This document shows, in pieces, positions 20,990 through 29,733 of a stretch of DNA of 43,044 nucleotides. A program made the translations under genes and the position numbers. A model generated the notes under the pieces. The model searched no databases and was not told the DNA's origin. It saw nothing but the letters and a program-made list of their open reading frames with translations. How positions within the stretch are numbered: the stretch's first letter is position 1; the number at the start of each line of letters is the position of its first letter. Source of the DNA: a virus (Duplodnaviria > Heunggongvirae > Uroviricota > Caudoviricetes); the IMG/VR virus record IMGVR_UViG_2711768052_000001, positions 1 to 43,044 of that record; one strand, 5' to 3'.

Positions 20990-21414
20990 TTTCCGAATAG
21001 AGTGCTCATCGGTGATGTTTCAATCTGGATTGCGCCGCCGTCCTTACCGACAAGCTCGTTAGTTACCTTGTCGCCATACTTACGGGGATTCATTCGGGCC
21101 AGCGCCCATTTGCGGGTATCAACGCGAAGTCTTGCCTTTGCCACCTCAGCAGCATCTGGAATCGCATTGTCAGCAATTTCGAATATCTCTTCGAAAATAG
21201 AATCAGCTCGTGCCTCAGTTGCCTTCGCGTACTTGTCGCGAAAATCCTCATGCTTTGCCAACCAGCGGAAAACAGTGGACTTATCCGGCATACCAGGACG
21301 CTTACATACTTTCAGCAAACTTTCGCCAGAAGAAAGCAACGAGCAGATATCGTCGGCCACCTCCGGCATATAATCAGAGGGGCGACCAGCTTTTGGTTCA
21401 GTCGCCATATTCAT
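20986..21414 (-). CDS. Terminase small subunit (about 140 aa), Sf6 gp1-like
   Basis: MATEPKAGRPSDYMPEVADDICSLLSSGESLLKVCKRPGMPDKSTVFRWL recalled as Sf6 gp1; the true start may be the Met at 21408. Confidence 0.9.
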   Translation of the reverse strand: MNMATEPKAGRPSDYMPEVADDICSLLSSGESLLKVCKRPGMPDKSTVFRWLAKHEDFRDKYAKATEARADSIFEEIFEIADNAIPDAAEVAKARLRVDTRKWALARMNPRKYGDKVTNELVGKDGGAIQIETSPMSTLFGK

Positions 21415-21431
21415 CTCACTTAGTTGTTATT

Positions 21432-21611
21432 TCAGGTTGAGGACTCTTTCGCGCCTTCAATCAGTGACTGCTTCAGCAATTCGAGTGTGCCAATCGCCTC
21501 GCATAAACTGATTTCACCATCGTAATCATGGATGACGCTTTCCAGCCTCTCGTATAGCTCTTGAGTAATTGGGAATTTCTTCTCCTTACCAAGATCAACG
21601 ACGCTTGTCAT
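21432..21611 (-). CDS. Hypothetical small protein (59 aa)
   Basis: ATG-initiated ORF below the 60-aa cutoff of the ORF track; weak AGGAA SD; fills the gap upstream of the small terminase. Confidence 0.4.
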   Translation of the reverse strand: MTSVVDLGKEKKFPITQELYERLESVIHDYDGEISLCEAIGTLELLKQSLIEGAKESST

Positions 21612-21620
21612 AGAGGATTC

Positions 21621-21908
21621 CTATAATTTTGAATATCCAGACTCAAATACCTCAGCAGGAGAATATGATTCATATCCATCCTCATAGACAACGTAATAGC
21701 CTCCAGACATTGGTCGGTGCTTACAGATATATTCCGCGCTAACATCAAATGCTGCGTATTTCTTATCATCCGGATGAATAATTGCCCCATAACTAGAAGA
21801 GCCAGTCTTACCAGACTGATCTGGGTTTGGCTTATGTTCTATAGAGCCAATCTTCAGGGCGCGAACTTTTTTGTGGCACTGGTATCTCGGCATTTCTTGT
21901 TCAGTCAT
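21621..21908 (-). CDS. Hypothetical protein (95 aa)
   Basis: ORF with Tyr/Gly-rich C-terminus; tightly packed upstream of the terminase genes. Confidence 0.6.
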   Translation of the reverse strand: MTEQEMPRYQCHKKVRALKIGSIEHKPNPDQSGKTGSSSYGAIIHPDDKKYAAFDVSAEYICKHRPMSGGYYVVYEDGYESYSPAEVFESGYSKL

Positions 21909-21911
21909 CTC

Positions 21912-22091
21912 TTACACTCCGGTAGTGAACAGGTCTAACGCTTCCTTCGATTTACGCACCGCTTCGATAGTGCGGGTCGTGATATCTGAATTAGCGCCGC
22001 CTGACTGGAAGTGAATTTTGAATAGCTCAAGCTTCAGCTCGTCAGTGCCAATGAATTGAAATGCTTCCTCTGCGGCTGCGTTCTGGTTCAT
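21912..22091 (-). CDS. Hypothetical small protein (59 aa); may be the C-terminal part of a frameshifted gene
   Basis: ATG ORF with poor SD; an overlapping upstream 37-codon frame has a good SD (see findings). Confidence 0.3.
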   Translation of the reverse strand: MNQNAAAEEAFQFIGTDELKLELFKIHFQSGGANSDITTRTIEAVRKSKEALDLFTTGV

Positions 22092-22258
22092 GACCAGCTT
22101 GTAAATCTCTAACTGGAATTTGCTGTTCTTCAGTCATGGGAATAATCTCTGCCATTGTTGGCTCCGTTTATCCGTTAAAAGGGATATCAGTTAAGTTATC
22201 CCGTGTAGGGTATAAGCCATTATCAAAGCCACTCTGTAGGGAATGGCTTTTGTAATAA

Positions 22259-22639
22259 CTACTGTTCGCTTAGCTTCTGCTTCAGCAAGTAACCTTCGAG
22301 CATCCAGATTTTGTTTACAGCATTTTGCCTGGCAATCTTCCGACCAATTTCTGCATCAAAGTTTTCCGGGCTTGCACAGGCGCTCTCTCCGGTGACGGTG
22401 AAGCCATTCTTCAGCACCAGTACGCAGAAAGTGAGCAACTTCAATGGTGATAAATCACGATCGCCTTCTTCTGGTTTTTCCCTGCCACAATATTCGTTGC
22501 TGGAAATGGCACCATTACGTCCATCATAAGCAGTAAAGTAATGCTCGCTTTTAATCACGTCTTCGATGTGCTGCGGAGTGATTCTCGGAGCGGTTTTGCC
22601 TTTCTCAACGATTTCTTTTTCGATTTGCTGGTCGTTCAT
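22259..22639 (-). CDS. Hypothetical protein (126 aa)
   Basis: ORF followed by a conserved post-stop hairpin element. Confidence 0.6.
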   Translation of the reverse strand: MNDQQIEKEIVEKGKTAPRITPQHIEDVIKSEHYFTAYDGRNGAISSNEYCGREKPEEGDRDLSPLKLLTFCVLVLKNGFTVTGESACASPENFDAEIGRKIARQNAVNKIWMLEGYLLKQKLSEQ

Positions 22640-22865
22640 AATTATGACCCTGTGGAGTGGTTGCTTGATTAGGATGTCTTTCCATCAGTCCGCCACCACA
22701 AAGAATCTTTTTTTGCCATAAGGCAGGAGGTTCATCTTTCAGTGGCTGCCAGTGTTATTTCCCCACTTACTGGCTTGGGTTGTTTCGCTGTACTGCCGTA
22801 ACTGGTTGCCAAGAATAAATTCTGGTTTCATTATCAAGCCCACCCGTAGATAGGCTTTGTAATGG

Positions 22866-23153
22866 CTACTTCTTCAGAACTGATTCGATGAATTCACGTC
22901 GGGGATGACGATAGTTCAGAATATCTTCTGGCATCCTCATAAAGCGGTTGTTGCCGTCTTTGGCAGTAACAAAACAGCTGTGAACTCCGCAGACATCCGT
23001 TTTGATTGTGTCGCTATACTCAAAAAGCAACTGAGCCATCTTCTCTTGCCATTCTGGCGGCATAGCCTCCATGAATACTCGCGGCATCACGCAGAACGGC
23101 GCATGCGTAAGACCAAACCACAGTTGCAGGTCTTTACGATATTCTTCATCCAT
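22866..23153 (-). CDS. Hypothetical protein (95 aa)
   Basis: AAGG SD; preceded by a terminator and followed by the same post-stop element as the 126-aa gene. Confidence 0.6.
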   Translation of the reverse strand: MDEEYRKDLQLWFGLTHAPFCVMPRVFMEAMPPEWQEKMAQLLFEYSDTIKTDVCGVHSCFVTAKDGNNRFMRMPEDILNYRHPRREFIESVLKK

Positions 23154-23171
23154 CGTCTTTACCTTTGTTGC

Positions 23172-23197
23172 AATAAAAAGCCCCGCGAATGCGAGGC
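23172..23197 (-). terminator. Rho-independent terminator between the lysis cassette and downstream late genes
   Basis: Minus-strand GCCUCGC-AUUC-GCGGGGC hairpin followed by UUUUUAUU. Confidence 0.55.
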
Positions 23198-23371
23198 TAA
23201 ATCCTGGTATTTGTAATGACTGGCTCTTATCTCAACGCAGCCCCTTACCGCGCGCAAGATGCTCAATATCAAGCATCAGCAATGAGATGTTTAATCTGGA
23301 TTCACTCCAGAAGTGATCACCACCCTGTCTACAGAGCCAGATGTGAAGGATGATGAGTAAAATTATCGCTA

Positions 23372-23839
23372 TCATCGAAGGCATTGCGTCCTGATGTATT
23401 CCTGAAGCGTTCTCAGTGCTGTTTGGTCGCGGATAATTCCGTCCCGGATATCGAGAACGTTTCGTCCAGCAACTGGAGAGAGTTCGACGGTGGCATCATT
23501 GCCCATGCCGGAGGCGCTGGAGGTTTTGGCTGAGGATGGCACAGGGCATTTTCCTTTGACGAGCACCCTGCCACCATTATCAAGCTTGCGCCGAAGAGCA
23601 TCATTTTCAGCTTTCGCATCAGCTAACTCCTTCGTGTATTTAGCATCGAGTGCATCAGCATCACGCTGGCGCTGTTGCATGTCAGTAATGGTGGCGTTCG
23701 CCAGCTTCAGCTCACTGACTTTTTTATCGCGCTGCTCTTTGTAGGTAATGGCGTTATCACGGTAATGATTAACAGCCCATGACAGGCAGACGATGATGCA
23801 GATAACCAGAGCTGAGATAATCGCGGTTACTCTGCTCAT
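23372..23839 (-). CDS. Rz: Spanin, inner-membrane subunit Rz (155 aa)
   Basis: N-terminal TM segment and coiled coil; strong similarity to lambda Rz; directly downstream of R. Confidence 0.9.
   Translation of the reverse strand: MSRVTAIISALVICIIVCLSWAVNHYRDNAITYKEQRDKKVSELKLANATITDMQQRQRDADALDAKYTKELADAKAENDALRRKLDNGGRVLVKGKCPVPSSAKTSSASGMGNDATVELSPVAGRNVLDIRDGIIRDQTALRTLQEYIRTQCLR
23413..23619 (-). CDS. Rz1: Spanin, outer-membrane lipoprotein subunit Rz1, embedded in the +1 frame of Rz
   Basis: [21 protein letters not shown] lipobox followed by a proline-rich stretch [11 protein letters not shown], like lambda Rz1. Confidence 0.8.
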   Translation of the reverse strand: MRKLKMMLFGASLIMVAGCSSKENALCHPQPKPPAPPAWAMMPPSNSLQLLDETFSISGTELSATKQH

Positions 23840-24312
23840 GCCTCAATCTCTCTGACCGTTCCGCCAGCTTCTTTGAATTTTGCAATCAGGCTGTCAGCCT
23901 TATGCTCGAACTGACCATAACCAGCGCCCGGCAGTGAAGCCCAGATATTGCTGCAACGGTCGATAGCCTGACGAATATCACCGCGATCAATCATTGGTAA
24001 AGCGCCACGCTCTTTAATCTGTTGCAGTGCCACAGCGTCCTGGCTTTTCGGAGAGAAGTCTTTCAGGCCAAGCTGCTTACGATAGGCATCCCACCAACGG
24101 GAAAGAAGCTGGTAACGTCCGGCTGCTGTTGATTTGAGTTTGGGGTTTAGCGTGACAAGTTTGCGAGGGTGATCGGAGTAATCAGTGAATAGCTCTCCGC
24201 CAACAATGACGTCATAACCATGATTTCTGGTTTTCTGACGTCCGTTATCAGTCCCCTCTGACCACGCCAGCATATCGAGGAACGCCTTACGTTGATTATT
24301 GATTTCCACCAT
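23836..24312 (-). CDS. R: Endolysin R, lytic transglycosylase (158 aa)
   Basis: [39 protein letters not shown]... recalled as near-identical to lambda R. Confidence 0.97.
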   Translation of the reverse strand: MVEINNQRKAFLDMLAWSEGTDNGRQKTRNHGYDVIVGGELFTDYSDHPRKLVTLNPKLKSTAAGRYQLLSRWWDAYRKQLGLKDFSPKSQDAVALQQIKERGALPMIDRGDIRQAIDRCSNIWASLPGAGYGQFEHKADSLIAKFKEAGGTVREIEA

Positions 24313-24619
24313 CTTCTACTCCGGCTTTTTTAGCAGCGAAGCGTTTGATAAGCGAACCAATCGAGTCAGTACCGATGTAGCCGATGAACACGCTCGTTAT
24401 ATAAGCGAGATTACTACTTAGTCCGGCGAAGTCGAGAAGGTCACGAATGAACCAGGCGATAATGGCGCACATCGTTGCGTCGATTACTGTTTTTGTAAAC
24501 GCACCGCCATTATATCTGCCGCGAAGGTACGCCATTGCAAACGCAAGGATTGCCCCGATGCCTTGTTCCTTTGCCGCGAGAATGGCGGCTAACAGGTCAT
24601 GTTTTTCTGGCATCTTCAT
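24296..24619 (-). CDS. S: Holin S with dual-start motif (107 aa)
   Basis: [39 protein letters not shown]... recalled as near-identical to lambda S, including the MKM S107/S105 starts. Confidence 0.97.
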   Translation of the reverse strand: MKMPEKHDLLAAILAAKEQGIGAILAFAMAYLRGRYNGGAFTKTVIDATMCAIIAWFIRDLLDFAGLSSNLAYITSVFIGYIGTDSIGSLIKRFAAKKAGVEDGGNQ

Positions 24620-24942
24620 GTCTTACCCCCAATAAGGGGATTTGCTCTATTTAATTAGGAATAAGGTCGATTACTGATAGAACAAATCCAGGCTACTGTG
24701 TTTAGTAATCAGATTTGTTCGTGACCGATATGCACGGGCAAAACGGCAGGAGGTTGTTAGCGCGACCTACTGCCACCCGCTTTCACGAAGGTCATGTGTA
24801 GAAGGCCGCAGCGTAACTATTACTAATGAATTCAGGACAGACAGTGGCTACGGCTCAGTTTGGGTTGTGCTGTTGCTGGGCGGCGATGACGCCTGTACGC
24901 ATTTGGTGATCCGGTTCTGCTTCCGGCATTCGCTTAATTCAG

Positions 24943-25029
24943 CACAACGGAAAGAGCATTTATGGCTCGCATCGCGGGAAAAAGCCCACGGTAGAGAGTC
25001 GAACTCTACAAATACTCTTACCTGTTGTG
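24943..25029 (-). other. Inverted-repeat-flanked structured element B in the late leader, containing a tRNA T-arm-like hairpin
   Basis: Arms cacaacggaaagagca / tactcttacctgttgtg; interior has gtagag-agtcgaa-ctctac, whose complement reads as a TTCGACT T-loop; no full cloverleaf found. Confidence 0.35.
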
Positions 25030-25151
25030 CGCTCCGTTTCGTGGAGCTAACGGCGACGCTAGTGCCGGTCTATGCGTCGCACCCTTGAGGGATTTACTAA
25101 GGCGACATGCCCGTTGTTACCCACTCAATTGGACCCTCCCCGTCGCCATCT

Positions 25152-25177
25152 GGGTCTAGTCAGGAATCGAACCTGCC
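25152..25177 (-). other. tRNA-Arg-like 3' fragment (T-arm plus partial acceptor stem), probable tRNA remnant
   Basis: Minus strand GGCAGGTTCGATTCCTGACTAGACCC; 16 nt match the argW-type T-arm GCAGGTTCGATTCCTG; no D or anticodon arm and no CCA found. Confidence 0.35.
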
Positions 25178-25377
25178 GAGGGTACATTTGAATGGGCGCC
25201 CGTTATTAATCACACCGGGCCAGTGCGCCGAATTTGGTAGCGGGGAGTCGGAAGACCCCGTGATTTTGGTTTCTTAGGCCGCCATCAACATCAAATCATC
25301 GTTTGCATTTATCTTTGTGGTCAGTTTCTAAAAACCCGCAAAGTCGCCAACTCTGACGAAAACTATCGTTGTGCTGC

Positions 25378-25445
25378 CACAACGATAAGAGCACTCGGTG
25401 CATTTAAGCCAAGCCCCATAAGGGAGAATGCTCTTACCTGTTGTG
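25378..25445 (-). other. Inverted-repeat-flanked structured element A in the late leader (paralogue of element B)
   Basis: Arms cacaacgataagagca / tgctcttacctgttgtg; an adjacent perfect palindrome atcgttgtg-ctgc-cacaacgat. Confidence 0.35.
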
Positions 25446-25452
25446 CAAACGC

Positions 25453-25483
25453 AAAAAGCCCCGAGCTATTAACTCAGGGCTTT
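25453..25483 (-). terminator. tR'-like rho-independent terminator about 30-60 nt downstream of the pR' start
   Basis: Minus-strand GCCCUGAG-UUAAUAG-CUCGGGGC hairpin (one G-U pair) followed by UUUUUGCGUUU. Confidence 0.6.
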
Positions 25484-25516
25484 ATTTAACGAGTGCATTT
25501 ATCCATCGTTGAGTCA

Positions 25517-25545
25517 AATTTACCCAACTTTATTCAATAAGTCAA
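25517..25545 (-). promoter_or_regulatory. Late promoter pR' (-35 TTGACT, 17-bp spacer, -10 TAAATT) with lambda-type qut region
   Basis: Minus-strand ATATTGACTTATTGAATAAAGTTGGGTAAATTTGACTCAACGATGG, recalled as nearly identical to lambda pR'/qut through about +8. Confidence 0.8.
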
Positions 25546-25587
25546 TATTATGCCGTTAATATGTTGCCATCCGTGGCAATCATGCCG

Positions 25588-26211
25588 CTAACGTGTGACC
25601 GCATTCAAAATGTTGTCTGCGATTGACTCTTCTTTGTGGCATTGCACCACCAGAGCGTCATACAGCGGCTTAACAGTGCGTGACCAGGTGGGTTGAGTAA
25701 GGTTTGGGATTAGCATCGTTACAGCGCGATATGCGGCGCTTGCTGGCATTCTTGAATAGCCGACACCTTTGCATCTTCCGCACTCTTTCTCAACAACTCT
25801 TCCCCACTGCTCTGTTTTGGCTATATCAACCGCACGGCCTGTACCGTGGCAATCTCTGCACCTTGCTCCCGGCGTCGCGGCACTACGGCAATAATCCGCA
25901 TAAGCGAATGTTGCGAGCACTTGCAGTACCTTTGCCTTAGTATTTCCTTCAAGCTTTGCCACGCCACGGTATTTCCCCGATACCTTGTGTGCAAATTGCA
26001 TCAGATAGTTGATAGCCTTTTGTTTGTCGTTCTGGCTGAGTTCGTGCTTACCACAGAATGCAGCCATTCCGAATCCGGCTTGTGATTGCGCCATCCCCAT
26101 AGCAGCCATCACATCAGTACCGGAAAGAGAGTCAGAAGCCGTAGCCCGTGGTGAGTCGCTCATCATCTGGCTTTTTGGCGAATGAAATTTAGCTACGCTT
26201 TCGAGTCTCAT
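25588..26211 (-). CDS. Q: Late antiterminator Q (207 aa)
   Basis: [31 protein letters not shown]...[12 protein letters not shown]...CGRCKG recalled as near-identical to lambda Q. Confidence 0.97.
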   Translation of the reverse strand: MRLESVAKFHSPKSQMMSDSPRATASDSLSGTDVMAAMGMAQSQAGFGMAAFCGKHELSQNDKQKAINYLMQFAHKVSGKYRGVAKLEGNTKAKVLQVLATFAYADYCRSAATPGARCRDCHGTGRAVDIAKTEQWGRVVEKECGRCKGVGYSRMPASAAYRAVTMLIPNLTQPTWSRTVKPLYDALVVQCHKEESIADNILNAVTR

Positions 26212-26873
26212 GCGCCTTCTCCCTGTACCTGAATCAATGTTAGGTTTCCGCAGAACACTGCGCCGGTATCTATATACATCTGGTTGGCAAACTTGAGTGG
26301 TTTCACTGCTGGCGTATGACCAAAGATGAACGTGTCCGCTCCTTTGATTTCTTTTACGATCCCGTCTTGTGAGTTGCTGATTCGTTCGCGGTTCCAGATT
26401 ACCTGCTGATGATCAACTGGCTTTCCAAACTCGTATTCGTCACAAGGATAATCGGCGTGGCAGATGACATATTTTTTACCTTTGCTCACCAGTTCAATGA
26501 TTAACGGAAGTTCATCTGCTTTATGGGCAAGAGCTTTAGCCAGAATTTCTTTGTCGTAATCGAGATTAAAGAACCAGCCACCGCCATTAAACAGCCAGTG
26601 ATTGACGTTTCCACGCTCTGATAAGCCATCAATCATCATTTGCTCATGGTTTCCACGTACAGCTCGGAACCAGGGGAATGTGATTAATTCCAGACATTCG
26701 ACGTTCTCTGTACCGCGATCGACCAAATCGCCAACCGAGATAAGCAGGTCTTTTTTGGTGTCGAATCCTATCGTCTCCAGTTTTTTCATCAGGTTCGTGT
26801 AGCATCCGTGCAGATCGCCAACTACCCAAATATTTCGGTATTTGCTGCCATCAATTTTTTCGTAATAGCGCAT
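26208..26873 (-). CDS. ninI: Ser/Thr protein phosphatase NinI (lambda ORF221-like, 221 aa)
   Basis: [29 protein letters not shown]...GDLVDRG...GNHE metallophosphatase motifs; start moved to the internal Met matching lambda phosphatase. Confidence 0.9.
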   Translation of the reverse strand: MRYYEKIDGSKYRNIWVVGDLHGCYTNLMKKLETIGFDTKKDLLISVGDLVDRGTENVECLELITFPWFRAVRGNHEQMMIDGLSERGNVNHWLFNGGGWFFNLDYDKEILAKALAHKADELPLIIELVSKGKKYVICHADYPCDEYEFGKPVDHQQVIWNRERISNSQDGIVKEIKGADTFIFGHTPAVKPLKFANQMYIDTGAVFCGNLTLIQVQGEGA

Positions 26874-27057
26874 CTCTTTCACTCCATCCGCGATGAACCA
26901 TGAGAACGTCGTTGACGATGGCGTGCATTTTCCCGTCTTTATCATCAACGTATTTTCTGACCGTACCGCGACTACATTTCAGTCTGCGTGCTACTTCTGT
27001 CTGGTTTCCGTATGCTTCAACGAGCATGTCTGGAATGGTTTTTACTGAGAACGTCAT
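26851..27057 (-). CDS. ninH: NinH (68 aa, Fis-like DNA-binding)
   Basis: [37 protein letters not shown] matches lambda NinH as recalled. Confidence 0.9.
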   Translation of the reverse strand: MTFSVKTIPDMLVEAYGNQTEVARRLKCSRGTVRKYVDDKDGKMHAIVNDVLMVHRGWSERDALLRKN

Positions 27058-27665
27058 GCGGCCTCACTTCTGCTATTTCGCAGGTCTTTGAGTTTCTGTT
27101 GGTACTCTGCCTTGATCGCCTTGCACTCTTCGATAGTCCAGCGATGGCGGTTATGGTTTGATTCGATTTCGTCTACTGCTTCCTGCCCGATGCGGCTAAT
27201 CAGTTCGACGCGATACGGAACGAGATTTCCGCTTTTGTGCTGGTTGCACACCACGCATTGCTTGTGAATATTGCGTTCATCAAATCGGAGTTGAGGTGCC
27301 GCAGCAGTTGTCCGGTAATGGCCGGCATCCCACTGAGCAGACGTGAGCGTTCCGCACGAGATACATGGTAAGTCGCGGTCTCTTTCTCTGATGAAGGCGT
27401 TTACGGCTTGTTGGGCTTGTTTAATCCAGTAACTGCGGGGCTTTAAGGCGAGTTTTCGAATCTTAAGTTTATCTTTCTGTTTCTGCTCCTCTCGTCGTCG
27501 TTTCTTCTCTGCTGCTTTTTCCGCTTTTTCGCGTTCTTTACTTCGTCGTTCGAGTGCTATCTTGGTTCCACACTCTGGAGAGCACCACCACTGATTAGCG
27601 AATGCAGGGTGAAACCATTCCCGACATTCACCGTTTTTACATCGTCTTCGTGCTGGTTTAGCCAT
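27054..27665 (-). CDS. ninG: NinG/Rap recombination protein (203 aa)
   Basis: [33 protein letters not shown]... matches lambda NinG as recalled. Confidence 0.9.
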   Translation of the reverse strand: MAKPARRRCKNGECREWFHPAFANQWWCSPECGTKIALERRSKEREKAEKAAEKKRRREEQKQKDKLKIRKLALKPRSYWIKQAQQAVNAFIRERDRDLPCISCGTLTSAQWDAGHYRTTAAAPQLRFDERNIHKQCVVCNQHKSGNLVPYRVELISRIGQEAVDEIESNHNRHRWTIEECKAIKAEYQQKLKDLRNSRSEAA

Positions 27666-27834
27666 CGTCTTCTTCCTCGTACATTGAGCTATTCGGATCG
27701 CTCATCAGTTCTGCGCAGCAATCGGAGCACACGTGAACTTCCAGCACATGCAGCTTCTGACCGCAGTTAGCGCACGTTAAAGCTCGCTCGACGCTTTCTT
27801 TCTGGTATTGAAGGGATTGGGATGGGCTAAGCAT
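27658..27834 (-). CDS. ninF: NinF (58 aa)
   Basis: Hand-translated sub-threshold [61 protein letters not shown]; overlaps ninG start and the upstream stop (TAATG). Confidence 0.8.
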   Translation of the reverse strand: MLSPSQSLQYQKESVERALTCANCGQKLHVLEVHVCSDCCAELMSDPNSSMYEEEDDG

Positions 27835-28193
27835 TATTGGATTCTCTGCATCATGAGAAAGACAATCATGGCGGCGCGGAGTGGGTTTTCATCTTGAGTC
27901 ATATGATATGGGGTACTATCACTGCCAACTTTTCTATGCGCTGCCTTCCATAATCCATTTTCTGGCGCTGGAATAATGCCAATTCTGTTCTCTACGATAA
28001 TCGGCTCTGCGTCTGATGGGCTTTTACAGTAATCAACCGTTTTTATTGCATAACCAGTTTCGTCATCCCACTCAACACCAACGATTGATGTTCCCAACTT
28101 TGCGATTTCGCAATCTTCGGGAGTAAATCCACAGCAAATTGCCACTCGCTTGTTAATTTCAAAATCACTTAACTGTGAATAATCCATTGTCAT
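27834..28193 (-). CDS. NinX-like hypothetical protein (119 aa) inserted between ninE and ninF
   Basis: ORF 27834..28229 trimmed to MTMDYSQ, whose ATG overlaps the ninE stop (ATGA); lambda has no gene here, P22 has ninX. Confidence 0.6.
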   Translation of the reverse strand: MTMDYSQLSDFEINKRVAICCGFTPEDCEIAKLGTSIVGVEWDDETGYAIKTVDYCKSPSDAEPIIVENRIGIIPAPENGLWKAAHRKVGSDSTPYHMTQDENPLRAAMIVFLMMQRIQ

Positions 28194-28366
28194 TTCCTCG
28201 CACGATGTCTTAGCCACCGGATATCCCACAGGTGAGCCGTGTAGTTGAAGGTTTTTACGTCAGATTCTTTTGGGATTGGCTTGCGTTTATTTCTGGAGCG
28301 TTTCGTTGGAAGGTATTTGCAGTTTTCGCAGATGATGTCGGTGAAACTTCGTCGCTGTCGTCTCAT
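28190..28366 (-). CDS. ninE: NinE (58 aa)
   Basis: Hand-translated [61 protein letters not shown], lambda NinE-like; GGAGG SD. Confidence 0.8.
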   Translation of the reverse strand: MRRQRRSFTDIICENCKYLPTKRSRNKRKPIPKESDVKTFNYTAHLWDIRWLRHRARK

Positions 28367-28773
28367 TCGTACCTCCTGTCGGTAAATCTGACACCCTGAC
28401 CAATAGCCCAGGCTGTTGTGTACTCGATCAGACTTGCCATGCGCTTCACGCTCATCTGCGCGCTGCTTTCGCGAATGTTGACGTATTCGCCTTCAAGCCC
28501 GGGCAAAACATCAGCTTCCTGCTTTGTTGCCACTGCATGACCGCTGATCAACAAAACCTTCCATTGTTCTGGTTTTAACCATTTATCGCACCACTGAACT
28601 TGCCTAGCGATATCTGCGACCATCGCGTGAAATTTTGCGTTCTGGTCAAGGTTGCGCTTGTAGTCAGTAATGCGGATGGTAACTGGCTTGTCTTTATCGA
28701 GTGGTGTTGCGAGGATGGCGTTGATTGCGGCTTGCTGTTGTTGTTTACCACGGAGGAAGATTGTTTGCTTCAT
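28363..28773 (-). CDS. ninB: NinB-family recombination protein (136 aa)
   Basis: ...[22 protein letters not shown]...W similar in pattern to lambda NinB (Orf) but divergent. Confidence 0.75.
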   Translation of the reverse strand: MKQTIFLRGKQQQQAAINAILATPLDKDKPVTIRITDYKRNLDQNAKFHAMVADIARQVQWCDKWLKPEQWKVLLISGHAVATKQEADVLPGLEGEYVNIRESSAQMSVKRMASLIEYTTAWAIGQGVRFTDRRYE

Positions 28774-28775
28774 CG

Positions 28776-29045
28776 TTACTCCTTCACTTTGACTCCAGCA
28801 GCGCGGATGTTTTCCTCATAAGCATCCATTCCATCGCCGAAGCCATTGGAATAATCAACAGTAAACCCTTTGGTTAATGCTTCTCTGCTGTCGATAAACT
28901 TTGGCGCGGTTATTTCAATAGCTGCTCGCGATGCCTGCCACGCTTGCCAATACATCTCAACCATATTGGCGTATATTTTATTTTTAGGATCACATCCAGT
29001 GTAATTTTCAAACCATTCTTCAAACTGCTTTCTTGATTCGTCCAT
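28776..29045 (-). CDS. Hypothetical protein (89 aa)
   Basis: ORF track starts at GTG 29069; the ATG at 29045 with GGGGA SD is preferred. Confidence 0.5.
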   Translation of the reverse strand: MDESRKQFEEWFENYTGCDPKNKIYANMVEMYWQAWQASRAAIEITAPKFIDSREALTKGFTVDYSNGFGDGMDAYEENIRAAGVKVKE

Positions 29046-29046
29046 A

Positions 29047-29268
29047 TCAATCCCCGTTAGTCGTTTCACTCACGAATCTGACAAAACCAGCCATGTTAAT
29101 TTGCATGAGTTTTTTCAACACTTTGTCTCGCCGGCTACGTTTTGGTTTTGGCCTGTGGTTGAATCTTTCACAAACTGGAAGGCTTGATGATTTCCAGTAC
29201 CTATTACGCCTTGCTCCATCTTCCGCCATATCGGCATGAATAAGGTCTGCGAGTGTGCTCATATTCAC
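29047..29268 (-). CDS. Hypothetical basic protein (73 aa)
   Basis: ORF in a tightly packed early-gene array. Confidence 0.45.
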   Translation of the reverse strand: MNMSTLADLIHADMAEDGARRNRYWKSSSLPVCERFNHRPKPKRSRRDKVLKKLMQINMAGFVRFVSETTNGD

Positions 29269-29276
29269 CTCTCCAG

Positions 29277-29459
29277 TTACATTGGTTTTGTAATGTTGCT
29301 AGTCATCTTACGAATAAAAAAATGCGTACGTAGCTTTGCTTCCCACATGTAAATCTCCTCAAGGCGAGATAAATCTACGAATACCGGACCTTTGTAATCT
29401 GGTCTTGATGCCCTTATGTATGAGCTAATAGTTTGTGCATCTTGCTCGTCAAGATTCAT
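29277..29459 (-). CDS. Hypothetical protein (60 aa)
   Basis: ORF overlapping the upstream gene stop by 11 nt. Confidence 0.4.
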   Translation of the reverse strand: MNLDEQDAQTISSYIRASRPDYKGPVFVDLSRLEEIYMWEAKLRTHFFIRKMTSNITKPM

Positions 29460-29652
29460 GACTTCCCTCTCTAACAGATTTCAGGTTATTCCACTCCGTT
29501 ACCGCACTGCGATAATTCGCGGCCGCCACAGCGGCGTGGTTAGCGCAGTAGATTTGGCACCCGTTCTCCATGTCGAATATTGTCGGTGATTTTCCGCATT
29601 TACATTTTTTGGCACGCGGTGCGTCTGAACACATTCCGTTAACGGTGTCCAT
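29449..29652 (-). CDS. Hypothetical Cys-rich small protein (67 aa), possible zinc-binding
   Basis: CKCGK...CQIYCANH cysteine cluster; first gene after the tR2-like terminator. Confidence 0.45.
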   Translation of the reverse strand: MDTVNGMCSDAPRAKKCKCGKSPTIFDMENGCQIYCANHAAVAAANYRSAVTEWNNLKSVREGSHES

Positions 29653-29677
29653 CAGGATCCCCCTCGTTCTTAATCCA

Positions 29678-29708
29678 ATAAAAAAGGGCTACTGTGTAAA
29701 TAGCCCCT
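29678..29708 (-). terminator. tR2-like rho-independent terminator between the replication genes and the nin region
   Basis: Minus-strand GGGCUAUUUACACAGUAGCCC hairpin followed by UUUUUUAUUGG, right after the helicase stop. Confidence 0.6.
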
Positions 29709-29733
29709 GTTATTAGCTCAGTGATGTAGATGG

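Noticed and set aside
24943-25177. Possible intact tRNA genes (Arg or other) between Q and S
   Set aside because: Only T-arm/acceptor-like fragments could be folded by eye; no D-arm, anticodon arm or encoded CCA, so they are reported as tRNA-like remnants
24620-25587. Toxin or other virulence cargo (stx-like) at the Q-S insertion site
   Set aside because: No ORF of adequate length or coding quality on either strand in this interval
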